Below are positions 48,208 through 58,517 of a DNA stretch of 64,000 nt, one piece after another. Numbering within the stretch: the stretch's first letter is position 1; every line of letters begins with the position of its first letter. The position numbers and the translations under genes were made by a program. The notes beneath the pieces were generated by a model. That model worked only from the letters and a program-made list of their open reading frames with translations, was not told the origin of the DNA and ran no database searches. The stretch is from Alphaproteobacteria bacterium (GTDB taxonomy: Bacteria > Pseudomonadota > Alphaproteobacteria > UBA828), in contig CBDEFM010000002.1 of assembly GCA_965237415.1 (NCBI GenBank), positions 1,120,001 through 1,184,000 of the forward strand, written 5' to 3'.

Positions 48208-49127
48208 CGGCTCGCGCTCGTTGGCGCACCCGTCTCGATCGGGAGGTCGGGGTCGTACGCCCACTCGCCCATCGACCCGTCGTAGAGGGTGAGGTCGCGG
48301 TAGCCGAGTTGGTGAAGGAGAAAGAGGCCGACGGTGGCGGAGATGCCGCCGCCGCAATAGGCGACGACGTGGCGATCCGGGGTGATGCCGGCGTCCTCGT
48401 GAAGCCGCCGTGCCTCGTCCAACGACACGAAGGCGCCGTTCGACGGATCGAGGAGGCTGGCCGCAGGTACGTTGACGCTCCCCGGGATTCGTCCAGGGCG
48501 TCCGTAGCGGCTCGGTCCCGCACCGAGATGAAACTCGGGTGCGAGCGCATTCACCATGGCGGTGCCGGCATCGCCGAGCCGGGAACGCACATAGCCGCGG
48601 TCCACGAAGCGGCCCGGCAGGGGCTGCGCGGTGAAGCGCGCCGGCGGGTACCCGCCCGGTGCGGAGGATACGGGCCGCCCCTCCGCCTTCCACTTCTCCC
48701 AGCCGCCATCGAGCACCGCGGCACGGTCGAACCCGAAGGCACGCAGCATCCACCAGACCCGGGTCGCCCACATGATGCTGCCGGCCGAGTAGAGCACGAC
48801 GCGGGAGTCGTCGCCGATGCCGAGCCCGCCCATGGTGTCCGCGAACCGCTCGGCGGTGGGTGCCATGAAGCGCAGGCGCGTGTCCGGATCGGAAATCGCC
48901 CCCTGGATGTCGAGGAAGACGGCGCCGGGGATATGCGCCGCGTCGTACTCGGCCCGGCCCGGGACGACGCGGTAGGGGGCGTCGTCGCCCGGCTCGGCCG
49001 GCTTGAGCCACGTCGTGCAGTCCACGATGCGAAGCCCGCGCATACCGAGGCTCGCCTCGAGCGCGCCGGTCTCGATGAGCGCCTGCGGCTCGCGCCAGTT
49101 CGAGAGGTCGGCTCGGCCTTCGGTCAT
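48204..49127 (-). CDS. Sulfurtransferase (tandem rhodanese, SseA-like)
   Basis: HIPGAVF.D, VLDGG..KW, YCGGGISA, YDGSM.EW. Confidence 0.92.
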   Translation of the reverse strand: MTEGRADLSNWREPQALIETGALEASLGMRGLRIVDCTTWLKPAEPGDDAPYRVVPGRAEYDAAHIPGAVFLDIQGAISDPDTRLRFMAPTAERFADTMGGLGIGDDSRVVLYSAGSIMWATRVWWMLRAFGFDRAAVLDGGWEKWKAEGRPVSSAPGGYPPARFTAQPLPGRFVDRGYVRSRLGDAGTAMVNALAPEFHLGAGPSRYGRPGRIPGSVNVPAASLLDPSNGAFVSLDEARRLHEDAGITPDRHVVAYCGGGISATVGLFLLHQLGYRDLTLYDGSMGEWAYDPDLPIETGAPTSASR

Positions 49128-49516
49128 CGACGGTATCCCTCCTGTTTCGGCCGCAATGGTATCAGTACGCCCTATAGCGGTCGCCGAAAAGACCGGCCGC
49201 AAGCCCCGGTGCCCGCTCAGCGGTCGCTGAGGAGCGACCCGCAGCCCAGGACGCGGTCGTCGACCCCGTTTGCCCGGTAGCCGTGCCAGGGCGCGTGCCA
49301 GCGAGACCCGCTGGCGAACGCCGCCGCTCAGAGCGGCAGTGTCCCGCTCGACATGCCTCGCTTGTACGGCCCCAACCGGACCCAATTCTCGCAGGGACTG
49401 GGAGCAGTTCGCGGAGAGAAAACCATTGCCCGTGCGCGGAGCGTCCCTGTACCCTCCCCTCGCCGATCCGCGCCATCTCGACGCAGTCGGACAACAAACA
49501 AGATAGCGGGAGGGAT

Positions 49517-50485
49517 ATGAGCATGAAGTTTTCGCCCATCGTGGCCGCACTGGGTGCTGCGGCGTTGATTGTCGGTGTCGCAGTCGGGCCAGACGAGGCA
49601 CGAAGCGAGGACCAGTTCACCGTCGGTGTCTCGGTCTGGGATGTTTCGACGACGCCGTTCTCGGTGCCGCTCGTCAAGGGCATGCGCGACGCCGCCGAGG
49701 CAGCCAACGTCAACCTCATCGTCAGCGATCCCAAGTGGGACGCGTCGGTTCAGGTCGAGAACGTTCGCGAATTCATCGTGCAGGGCGTGGACGCGATCGC
49801 CATCGCGCCGATCGATATTGCGGGCGTCCTCCCTGCCGTTCAGGAAGCACTCGACGCCGGCATCCCGGTGGTGGGCGCGTTGGGCGAGATCGAGGGCGTT
49901 CCCTACGTCGGTGTCGACGATATCGAGTACGGGCGCTTGTCGGCCCGCCTCATGCTGGAGGCGCTCGCCACTGTCGAGGGCGAGAAACGCATCGTGATGT
50001 TCCGCGGAACCGCTGGCGGCAGCCCCGACCGGCGCCGCATGCAGGGCATGACCGAGGTGCTCCAAGAGTCGGGCGTGGAGCATGACTGGGTCGACGTCAC
50101 AGCCGACTGGCTGCCGGACAAGGCGCTGACCGGATTCCAGGATATGCTCCAGCGCTTCCCGGTTGCGGGCAGCGTCACCCTCGTCAACAGCATGGGGAAC
50201 TGCATGGTTCCGCCGTCGCTGGACTGGGCCCAGAGGCTGGGGCGCACGGAGATCATGTTCGTCGCCATCGACCTCTGTAAGGGCGAAGAGGAAGCCATCG
50301 GAGCCGGCAAGATGTACGGCGCCGTCTACCAGGATCCGCTGATCATGGGCGCGCTCGTGATCGACAGCCTGGTCGCCATGCGCGCCGCCGGGGACTACAG
50401 CACGCTGCCGGACTTCGCCGCCGTCCCGCCAATCTTCAACTGCACGCAGGCCAACTACGCCGAATGCGAGGGGCGCGGCTTCTAG
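49517..50485 (+). CDS. Sugar-type ABC substrate-binding protein (RbsB-like)
   Basis: Signal peptide; QGVDAI.I.P.D, AGIPVV, YVG.D...G. Confidence 0.88.
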   Translation: MSMKFSPIVAALGAAALIVGVAVGPDEARSEDQFTVGVSVWDVSTTPFSVPLVKGMRDAAEAANVNLIVSDPKWDASVQVENVREFIVQGVDAIAIAPIDIAGVLPAVQEALDAGIPVVGALGEIEGVPYVGVDDIEYGRLSARLMLEALATVEGEKRIVMFRGTAGGSPDRRRMQGMTEVLQESGVEHDWVDVTADWLPDKALTGFQDMLQRFPVAGSVTLVNSMGNCMVPPSLDWAQRLGRTEIMFVAIDLCKGEEEAIGAGKMYGAVYQDPLIMGALVIDSLVAMRAAGDYSTLPDFAAVPPIFNCTQANYAECEGRGF

Positions 50486-50629
50486 CGCCTGATCCCAGGT
50501 ATTGGTGACGAGTTTGTGGGCAGTCGCCGGCCAGGTGGCTGCCCACACGCTTTCGCCGCCCCGTCGCGCCCAGCGTTCTCGCGGGCAATTCGCTAGCAGC
50601 GGTCTTCACACGATGTCCTGGAGCCGGCG

Positions 50630-51661
50630 GTGACCGACCCGCAGGACAGTCATCCCGCGGAGTCCGGCCCTCGGGGATTCGTGAACTGGAAGCCCCTGGT
50701 CGCGTTTCTCGGGCGCTACGGCTTCATGATCGCCCTGCTCCTGCCGGCGATCATCCTGCTGGCCACCAACGAGACCTTCCGCAATCCGCTGAACCTCTCG
50801 AACATCCTGGCCCAGTCCTCGATGGTAGGTGTGGCGGCCGTCGGCATGACGGTGGTCATGATCCTGGGCGGCTTCGACCTTTCCATAGGTGCGATTGCTG
50901 CCGTGACCGGCCTCGTCGCGGTTTTCATTTTCGGCACCGGAGACCCCTTGTTGCTGGCGTTGGGCTGTCTTGCCTGTATTGGAGCCGGCGCTCTCATCGG
51001 TGCCTTCAACGGCACCTTGATCAGCCGCATCGGCATCAACCCCCTGATTGCGACGCTCGCCATGGCGAGCCTCGTGCGCGGCCTCGTGCTGATCTCCAGC
51101 GAAGGCACCATCCATCGCGCCGAAGGCGATGCGATGTGGATCACCACGCTCGCGCTCGGCCGCGTGGGCGGCGGCTTCCCCATCGCCGGATTCTTCTTCA
51201 TCGGCGCGGTCGTGATGGGATCGGTCATCCTGCGCTACTCCAAATTTGGGCGATGGGTCTACGCCATCGGCGGGAATGAGGAGGCGGCGCGGCTCTCGGG
51301 CGTGCCGGTCAGCCGTGTCGTTATCACCTGCTATGCCCTCATGGGCGGCCTTGCCGGCCTCGCGGGCCTCCTGTTCACCTCGCGCACCGGCACCGCGCTG
51401 ACCACAACGGGGATCGGGCTCGAGATCGACGCCATCACGGCCACCGTCATCGGCGGCACCAGGCTCGGCGGCGGCCATGGCGCCATCCTCGGCACGGTCG
51501 TCGGTGTCATCCTGCTCGGCGTCATCCGCAACGGCCTCAATCTGAACGGTGTCTCGCCCTTCTGGCAGCCTTTCATCATCGGCTGCATCCTGCTGATTAC
51601 GGTTTCGATCAGCGTGTGGATGAACCGCACCGAGAATCGCTCCCGCGCCGGCGGGTTTTAG
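50630..51661 (+). CDS. Sugar-type ABC permease (RbsC-like)
   Basis: GGFDLSIG, YAIGGNEEAARLSG, IGGT.L.GG.G. Confidence 0.92.
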   Translation: MTDPQDSHPAESGPRGFVNWKPLVAFLGRYGFMIALLLPAIILLATNETFRNPLNLSNILAQSSMVGVAAVGMTVVMILGGFDLSIGAIAAVTGLVAVFIFGTGDPLLLALGCLACIGAGALIGAFNGTLISRIGINPLIATLAMASLVRGLVLISSEGTIHRAEGDAMWITTLALGRVGGGFPIAGFFFIGAVVMGSVILRYSKFGRWVYAIGGNEEAARLSGVPVSRVVITCYALMGGLAGLAGLLFTSRTGTALTTTGIGLEIDAITATVIGGTRLGGGHGAILGTVVGVILLGVIRNGLNLNGVSPFWQPFIIGCILLITVSISVWMNRTENRSRAGGF

Positions 51662-51696
51662 GAGACGGACGCGATGCTCTCTTCCGACGATAAGCC

Positions 51697-53775
51697 ATGA
51701 CCTACAGGGTCGGCATCGACATCGGTGGCACGTTCACCGACATCACCGTCGCCGACGAAGAGGGCGGCCAGATCGAGGTCTTCAAGGCGCTGAGCGACCG
51801 GGAGGACCCGCTTCAGGGCATCCTCAACGGGATCGCGCTGGCGTGCGAGGAATTGGGCTGTTCCGAGGAGGCCTTCATTTCCCAATGCAGCCGGATCGTT
51901 CACGGCACGACGATCGGCACCAACGCCATCATCCAGCGCAACGGTCCCGTCGCAGGCCTGCTTTCGACCCGGGGGTTTCGCGACGTGCTGGAGTTCATGG
52001 ACGGGACCAAGCCGGAACCGTTCAACATCCGCATGGCGCGGCCGAAACCGCTGATTCCCCGGCACCGCCGCCTCGGCATCGGCGGGCGGATTGACTATCG
52101 CGGCGAGGAGGTCGCGCCGCTCGACGAGGGGGACGTGCGCGCTGCGGCAGCACGCTTCCGCGAGCAGGGGGTGAACGCGGTGGCGGTCGCCTTCCTCTGG
52201 TCGCAGGTCAATCCCGCGCACGAACAGCGGACCCGCGCCATCCTGGCAGACGAGATGCCGGGCGTTCCCGTGGTGATCAGCTCCGACATCCTGCCGCAAC
52301 TCCGCGAATGGGACCGCACGTCGGCGACCGTGCTCAGCGCCTACACGCTTCCCCCCATCGCCGGCTATCTCGAACGCCTGCGCGCCTGGCTCGCCGACCA
52401 CGGCTTTGCCGCCGAGCCCCTGATCATCCAGTGCAACGGCGGCTGCGCGCCGATTGCCAGGATCCTGCACTACCCGGCGCGGAGCATCGGCTCGGGTCCC
52501 GCCGCTGCGCCCGCCGCAGCCGTTCAGGTAGCGAGCGAGTTCTTCCCGCGCAGCGAGATCAACGTCATCAGCGCCGACATGGGCGGCACGAGTTTCGACG
52601 TCGGTCTCATCCGCGGCGGACTGCCGACGCTGACGCGCAACCTGAGGATTGCCGGCATGCCACTCGGCTCGCTGGCCACGGACATCATCTCGATCGGCGC
52701 GGGCGGCGGCAGCATCGCCTCGATCGATGCGGGCGGGGCACTTGCCGTGGGCCCGCAGAGCGCCGGCGCCAATCCGGGGCCGGCCTGCTACGGGCTGGGC
52801 GGGACCCAGCCGACCGTGACCGACGCCTTCGTCGCGCTCGGCTATGTCAACCCGGACGCCTTTCTCGGCGGACGCCTGAAGCTCGACCGGGACAAGGCGC
52901 TCGCAGCCATCGACACGGAGGTCGCCCAGCCGCTTGGTCTGGGGATCGTCGATGCCGCCGCGGGCATTTTCCGCCTCGCCAACTTCAAGATGGTCAAGGC
53001 CATGGCGGCGGTCTCCATAGAGCGCGGCGTCGACCCCCGCAGCACCATTCTCATCGCAGGCGGAGGCGCCGGCGGGGTGGTTGTGGGGAGCCTCACGGAC
53101 GAGTTCGGGATCGACCGTGCCATCATTCCGCGCGTCGCGGGTGGCTACAGCGCCTTCGGCATGACCGTCGTCGACGTGACCTTCGACTACACCAGGACAT
53201 TCACCACCGATAGCGACACGGCGGATGTAGACGCGATCAACCGCCTGTTCGCTGAGATGGAAGAGGACGCGCTGCGCGATCTTTCGGCAAGCGCGATCCC
53301 CACGGACGACGTCCAGTTCCAGTGGTTCTACGACGCCGCATATTGGGGGCAGGCACACGAGCTGATTGTGCCACTCGCGAGGGGCCGGTTCGAAGACGTG
53401 AGTGATCTCCGCCGTGCCTTCGATGACGAGCACGAACGCATCTACACCTTCAAGATGGAAGGCGACCGGGTCAATTTCCTGCACTGGCGCGTGAACGCCG
53501 CGGTCGGCAGCAGCATGCCGATGCCGCGCCGAAGCGCCAGCGCGCCGGAGGACCCCAGCGCCACGCTCACCGGGCATCGCACCGCGTATTTCGGCGGCGA
53601 GGACGGCGCGACGGAGGTTCCGGTTTACGACGGCATGCGGCTCGAGCCAGGCCACGTCGTGCGCGGCGCGGCCGTGATCGAGGAACCGACGACGAGCGTG
53701 ACCGTCTTACCCGGTCACGCCGTGCGGGTCAGTCTCTCAGGATACGACTATCGGGTGAACGGCGATGCCCTATGA
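51697..53775 (+). CDS. Hydantoinase A / oxoprolinase family protein
   Basis: DIGGTFTD, HGTT, SGPAA, DMGGTSFD, GPACYG. Confidence 0.93.
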   Translation: MTYRVGIDIGGTFTDITVADEEGGQIEVFKALSDREDPLQGILNGIALACEELGCSEEAFISQCSRIVHGTTIGTNAIIQRNGPVAGLLSTRGFRDVLEFMDGTKPEPFNIRMARPKPLIPRHRRLGIGGRIDYRGEEVAPLDEGDVRAAAARFREQGVNAVAVAFLWSQVNPAHEQRTRAILADEMPGVPVVISSDILPQLREWDRTSATVLSAYTLPPIAGYLERLRAWLADHGFAAEPLIIQCNGGCAPIARILHYPARSIGSGPAAAPAAAVQVASEFFPRSEINVISADMGGTSFDVGLIRGGLPTLTRNLRIAGMPLGSLATDIISIGAGGGSIASIDAGGALAVGPQSAGANPGPACYGLGGTQPTVTDAFVALGYVNPDAFLGGRLKLDRDKALAAIDTEVAQPLGLGIVDAAAGIFRLANFKMVKAMAAVSIERGVDPRSTILIAGGGAGGVVVGSLTDEFGIDRAIIPRVAGGYSAFGMTVVDVTFDYTRTFTTDSDTADVDAINRLFAEMEEDALRDLSASAIPTDDVQFQWFYDAAYWGQAHELIVPLARGRFEDVSDLRRAFDDEHERIYTFKMEGDRVNFLHWRVNAAVGSSMPMPRRSASAPEDPSATLTGHRTAYFGGEDGATEVPVYDGMRLEPGHVVRGAAVIEEPTTSVTVLPGHAVRVSLSGYDYRVNGDAL

Positions 53776-55720
53776 CGAGCTGACAGAAGGCGAGGCGATG
53801 CAGGAGCCGAACTCCGAAGGGCCGCGCCGGCGGGTGGACGGTCTTTCGGAGGGCATCGACCCGACGATGTTCTCCGTGCTGCTGCACGCGATCGGGCAGG
53901 CCTCCGACGAAATGACCCGGGTCCTGCAGCGGGGCGCGCGCAGCACCATCATCTCGATCGCGCGCGACCACTCGGCCTCGATCTACACCGCCGAAGCCCA
54001 GATGCTCTATCAGAACGACGCCCTTCCGATTCACACCATTGGCGGGGGGCTCAACGTCGAGGCGGTCGTCGACGAGTTCGGTGACGACATCCACGACGGC
54101 GATGTCTTCATGATCAACGACCCCTATATGGGAACGACGCATAACTCCGATCTCACCGTGATCATGCCGGTGTTCCACGAGGATCGGCACTTGTTCTGGA
54201 CGTCGATAAGGGCGCACCAGAACAACACGGGCGAGGCGTCATTCGGACACGCGTCGACCAGTGTCTGGCAGGACGGCATCCAGATCCCACCTGTGCGCAT
54301 TTTCGAGCGTGGCAAGGAGGTGCGCAGCATTGTTCGCTTCTACCTGCGCAATGTCCGGCTCCCCGAATGGCTCGAAGCGGACTTGCGCGCCATGGTGGGC
54401 TCGGTGCGCACCGGCGCAGCGAGGCTTCAGGAGATGACGCGGACCCATGGCGTCGACACGGTGCTGGCGACGATCGACGAGATGATCGAGTACTCGGACC
54501 GGCGCACGGCGGCCGAGATCCGGGCGCTGCCGGACGGCGTCTACAAGGGCGAATCCTGGATCGACAGCGACGGGCAGGGAACCCACGACATCCGCATCGC
54601 CTGCACCGTCACCATCGAGGACGACATGGTTTCTGTCGATTACTCGGAGAGCGATCCTCAGGTCGGCGGCCACTGCAACTCGTCCCTCGCCTCGCTGCGG
54701 GCCAACGGCAGCATCCCAGTGCTGACCACGATCGACCCGACCATTCCTCGCAACGAGGGGTGCATGCGCCACATCCGGGTGATCGCACGCGAGGGGACGG
54801 TCGCGCTCGGCAAGTGGCCGTCGAGCACATGGTGGTCGACCACCAATCCCGGCGACGAGCTGATCGAAGCCGCCTGGAAGGCGCTGGCCCAGGCCGCGCC
54901 GGACCGCGTGCCGGCGGGCTGGGGGCGAATTCAGCAACGGCTCTCCATGGGCGACGACTACCGGACCGACCCGCCCACTCCCTTCGCGGCCTCGATCTTC
55001 GTCGCAGGCTCCGGCGGCGGCGGTTCCAGGGGCTATGACGGCTGGCCGCTGACGCAGTGCGTCTGCGCCTTGGGGGGCCTGCAGAACGAGTCGGTGGAGA
55101 TGGTCGAGCTGCTGCAGCCGCTCTTCATCGAGAGTAACCAGTTCCTCATCGATTCCGCCGGTGCCGGCAAGTGGATCGGCGGCCACGGGTGCGAAACCGT
55201 CGTGATGCCCTACCACGGGCTGCTCTACATGAAGTTCGAGTACGAGGGGACGCTCAACCCGCCCTTCGGCCTCTTCGGCGGGCTGCCCGGCAACGGCGGC
55301 TGCAAGTATAAGGAGACGCCGGACGGCAAGCGCTACTTCTACCAGGCGCATCCCGATCCTGACGCCTTTCGCGAGGGCGAGCGCTATGTCTGCATCAGCT
55401 CCGGCGGCGGCGGTTACGGCAGCGCGCTGGACCGCCCGGCGGACTCGGTGCGGAAGCTGGTGCGTGACGAGCTCGTCTCGCCCGAGATGGCGCGCGAGCG
55501 CTTCGGCGTGGTGCTCGACCCGGAAACACTGACCGTCGACGAGGAGGCCACCGAGGCTCTGCGGCACCGCATGCGGAAGACGGCAGATCGGTCCCTGTCG
55601 TTGCCGACCGGCCCCGGCGCCGGGGAATTCTGGAAAACCCGTTTTCGCGACGGCGACGAGCTGGTCGTCGAGGAGACGCCCGTTGCGTTGAAGCTAGGCC
55701 TTTCTCCGGAGGCGCGCTGA
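53765..55720 (+). CDS. Hydantoinase B / oxoprolinase family protein
   Basis: NDPY..THNSD, IPPV, GAG...GG.G, GGGGYG; start 53765 or 53798. Confidence 0.9.
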   Translation: MPYDELTEGEAMQEPNSEGPRRRVDGLSEGIDPTMFSVLLHAIGQASDEMTRVLQRGARSTIISIARDHSASIYTAEAQMLYQNDALPIHTIGGGLNVEAVVDEFGDDIHDGDVFMINDPYMGTTHNSDLTVIMPVFHEDRHLFWTSIRAHQNNTGEASFGHASTSVWQDGIQIPPVRIFERGKEVRSIVRFYLRNVRLPEWLEADLRAMVGSVRTGAARLQEMTRTHGVDTVLATIDEMIEYSDRRTAAEIRALPDGVYKGESWIDSDGQGTHDIRIACTVTIEDDMVSVDYSESDPQVGGHCNSSLASLRANGSIPVLTTIDPTIPRNEGCMRHIRVIAREGTVALGKWPSSTWWSTTNPGDELIEAAWKALAQAAPDRVPAGWGRIQQRLSMGDDYRTDPPTPFAASIFVAGSGGGGSRGYDGWPLTQCVCALGGLQNESVEMVELLQPLFIESNQFLIDSAGAGKWIGGHGCETVVMPYHGLLYMKFEYEGTLNPPFGLFGGLPGNGGCKYKETPDGKRYFYQAHPDPDAFREGERYVCISSGGGGYGSALDRPADSVRKLVRDELVSPEMARERFGVVLDPETLTVDEEATEALRHRMRKTADRSLSLPTGPGAGEFWKTRFRDGDELVVEETPVALKLGLSPEAR

Positions 55721-55772
55721 CGGCGAACCGCAGCCTCTGGCGCTGCGGCCGGCTACACAAAAGGAGTGACCC

Positions 55773-56915
55773 ATGACGGGGCTCGGGCCCAACGAACACC
55801 TGATCGGCCAGGCGGGCTCCCGTGCGCGCCTGGCGACCCCGGCGCTGGTGCTGGACCTCGATCGGTTCGAGCACAATCTCGGCACGATGGCGGCGCATTT
55901 CGCGGATCGCCCCGAGAATATCCGCCCCCATGCCAAGACCCACAAGTGCGCCGAAATCGCCCGGCGGCAGATCGCGGCCGGTGCCGTGGGCGTGTGTGTC
56001 GCCAAGCTCGGCGAGGCGGTCGCGCTCATGCGGGGCGGCATCTCCCGCATCCTCATCACGTCGCCGATCGTCACGGCCGACAAGCTCCAGCGCGTGCTGG
56101 CGCTGAACGACGAGGCGGAGGAGCTTCTTCTCGTGGTCGACAATGCCGAGACGATCGACCTCCTGGCCTCTCTCGCCGCAGGCCGCGCCAAGCCCATGCA
56201 CGTGCTCATCGACCTCGGCGTCGGGCGCAACCGCACGGGGATCCCGACCGTTCCCGGTGCCGTGGCACTCGCGGAACAGATCAAGGCTCGGCCCTCGCTC
56301 ACCCTGCGCGGGCTGCAGTGCTATGCGGGCCATGTCCAGCACATCGAAGATTGCGCCGCGCGCGAGGAAGAAGCGTTGGGGGTCATGAAACGCATCGGCG
56401 AAGCCCGCGATGCGATCGAGGCCGCGACCGGGACGCTCGACATCGTCACCGGCGGCGGCACGGGGACCTACGATATCGACCCCGAGGCCGGTGTCTTTAC
56501 CGATCTCCAGGTGGGCTCCTTCATCTTCATGGATGTCCAATACAGCGCGGTGATGCGGCGCGACGGCACGCCGGGTCCTTTCGGCACGGCGCTCTTCGTT
56601 CAGTCGACCGTGATCTGCGCCAATATCGCCGAGGCGGTGACCACCGATGTCGGCTTCAAGGCATTCGCAACGGACGGTCCCCCGCCCGAGATCGCAGACG
56701 GTGCGCCGGAAGGATCGACCTATGACTTCATGGGGGACGAGCATGGCAGGATCGTCCTCCCCAAAGGTGCGAACGGTCCCCCCATCGGGTCGGTGATCTC
56801 CTGCGTGACGCCGCATTGCGACCCCAACGTCAATCTCCATGACGTCTACCACTGCGTTCGCGGTGACAGGCTCGTGGATATCTGGCCTATCGATACGCGG
56901 GGCCAGACCTGGTGA
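55773..56915 (+). CDS. DSD1 / D-threonine aldolase family PLP enzyme
   Basis: TPALVLD, RPHAKTHK, GGGTGT, DEHG, HCDP.VN. Confidence 0.92.
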   Translation: MTGLGPNEHLIGQAGSRARLATPALVLDLDRFEHNLGTMAAHFADRPENIRPHAKTHKCAEIARRQIAAGAVGVCVAKLGEAVALMRGGISRILITSPIVTADKLQRVLALNDEAEELLLVVDNAETIDLLASLAAGRAKPMHVLIDLGVGRNRTGIPTVPGAVALAEQIKARPSLTLRGLQCYAGHVQHIEDCAAREEEALGVMKRIGEARDAIEAATGTLDIVTGGGTGTYDIDPEAGVFTDLQVGSFIFMDVQYSAVMRRDGTPGPFGTALFVQSTVICANIAEAVTTDVGFKAFATDGPPPEIADGAPEGSTYDFMGDEHGRIVLPKGANGPPIGSVISCVTPHCDPNVNLHDVYHCVRGDRLVDIWPIDTRGQTW

Positions 56916-56951
56916 GGCCGGCCGTTCACCGCGAACCTGAAGGGTGAGTTC

Positions 56952-57659
56952 ATGACCGAAGTCCCAACTGCTGCGGAGATCGAGGCGCTCCGCGACATCG
57001 ATACCCCGACCATATGCAACCTGCTGGAGATGGTGGTGCCGGAGCGTCGCGGCTACGGCTACACGGTTGAGCATCTCCACTGCCTCTACCCCGCCATGAA
57101 GCCCATCGTCGGGTTCGCCAAGACGGCCACCATGCGGGCCAAGAATCCGGCGCGCTGGAGCCCGGCGGAATACATGGACATCCGCGCGGGCTATTTCGAC
57201 TATCTGGCCGAGGGCGAGGCACCGAAGATCAGCGTGGTGCAGGACACCGACGAGCGGCCGGGCTACGGTGCGTTCTATGGCGAGGTCTTCAGCGCCGTGC
57301 ACAAGGCGCTCGGCTGCCGCGGCGTGGTGACCAACGGCAGCGTCCGCGACATCGATATGCTGGCGCCCGATTTTCAGGTTCTGGCCGGCCTGATCGCGCC
57401 CTCGCATGCGTTCGTCCACGTCGCGCAGTGGGGCTGCGAGGTCAACGTGCACGGAATGGTCGTCCAGGACGGCGATCTGATCCATGCCGACCGGCACGGC
57501 GCCGTCGTGGTCCCGCTCGAGGCGGTGCGCGGCGTGCTCGGCAAGCTCGATCTCATGGTGCGCCGCGAAGCGGTCATCCTGGAGGCGGCGCGCCGCCCCG
57601 ATGCCACGGTGGAGGCGATCAAGGACGCCTGGCAACGCTCGACGAAGATCAAGGAATAG
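56952..57659 (+). CDS. RraA / HMG-aldolase family protein
   Basis: DTPTICN, GEV, G.VTNGSVRD, GDLIHADRHG. Confidence 0.88.
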   Translation: MTEVPTAAEIEALRDIDTPTICNLLEMVVPERRGYGYTVEHLHCLYPAMKPIVGFAKTATMRAKNPARWSPAEYMDIRAGYFDYLAEGEAPKISVVQDTDERPGYGAFYGEVFSAVHKALGCRGVVTNGSVRDIDMLAPDFQVLAGLIAPSHAFVHVAQWGCEVNVHGMVVQDGDLIHADRHGAVVVPLEAVRGVLGKLDLMVRREAVILEAARRPDATVEAIKDAWQRSTKIKE

Positions 57660-57722
57660 TTGCCGCCGGCCGCAGGGCCCGTCGCGTGACGGCAGGGTGA
57701 GCGGGCGCTAAGGGAGACAGTC

Positions 57723-58499
57723 ATGACAGACACACCGCTGGTCGAAATGAAGAACGTCTTCAAGGCGTTCGGCGGCGTGCACGCGGTAGAGGACGTGACG
57801 GTCCACGTGGGCGCCGGCGAGGTGCTTGGCATCGTCGGCCACAACGGCGCCGGCAAGTCGACCCTGATCAAGATCCTCTCGGGCGCCCACACGATGGACA
57901 GCGGCCAGGTCCTGATGAGCGGCGAGCCCGTCTCCATCGACAATCCGCGCACTGCGCGCTCGCTCGGGATCGAGGCGCTCTACCAGAACCTCGCGCTCGC
58001 CGACAATCTCGACGCCGCTGCCAACCTGTTTCTCGGGCGGGAACTCACGACGCCCTACGGCAAGCTCGACAACAAGACAATGGCCGAAGCGACGCGCGAG
58101 GTGATCGCGCGCATCAACCCGGAGTTCGCCAACCTCGGCACGCCCGTTCTCCATCTCTCAGGCGGGCAGCGCCAGACCATCGCGATTGCACGGGCGGTCT
58201 ACTTCAACGCCAGGGTCCTCGTCATGGACGAGCCCACGGCCGCGCTCGGCTTGCGCGAATCCGCAGCGTTCAAGGAACTGGTGCTGCGGCTCAAGCAGGA
58301 AGGCATCGGCATGTTCATGATCAGCCACGACCTGCACGATGTCTTCGACATCTCGGACCGCATCTTCGTCATGTCCGGCGGCCGCGAAGTGGGAACGCGG
58401 CGCACCGACGAGGTCACCAAGGACCAGGTGCTCTCCATGATCATCCTCGGCAAGAAGCCGGGGGAAGAGTCAGCCGAGGACCTGGCCAAGCTTCACTGA
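57723..58499 (+). CDS. Sugar-type ABC ATPase (single domain)
   Basis: [28 protein letters not shown]. Confidence 0.93.
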   Translation: MTDTPLVEMKNVFKAFGGVHAVEDVTVHVGAGEVLGIVGHNGAGKSTLIKILSGAHTMDSGQVLMSGEPVSIDNPRTARSLGIEALYQNLALADNLDAAANLFLGRELTTPYGKLDNKTMAEATREVIARINPEFANLGTPVLHLSGGQRQTIAIARAVYFNARVLVMDEPTAALGLRESAAFKELVLRLKQEGIGMFMISHDLHDVFDISDRIFVMSGGREVGTRRTDEVTKDQVLSMIILGKKPGEESAEDLAKLH

Positions 58500-58517
58500 A
58501 GGGGATCACGCACGCCG

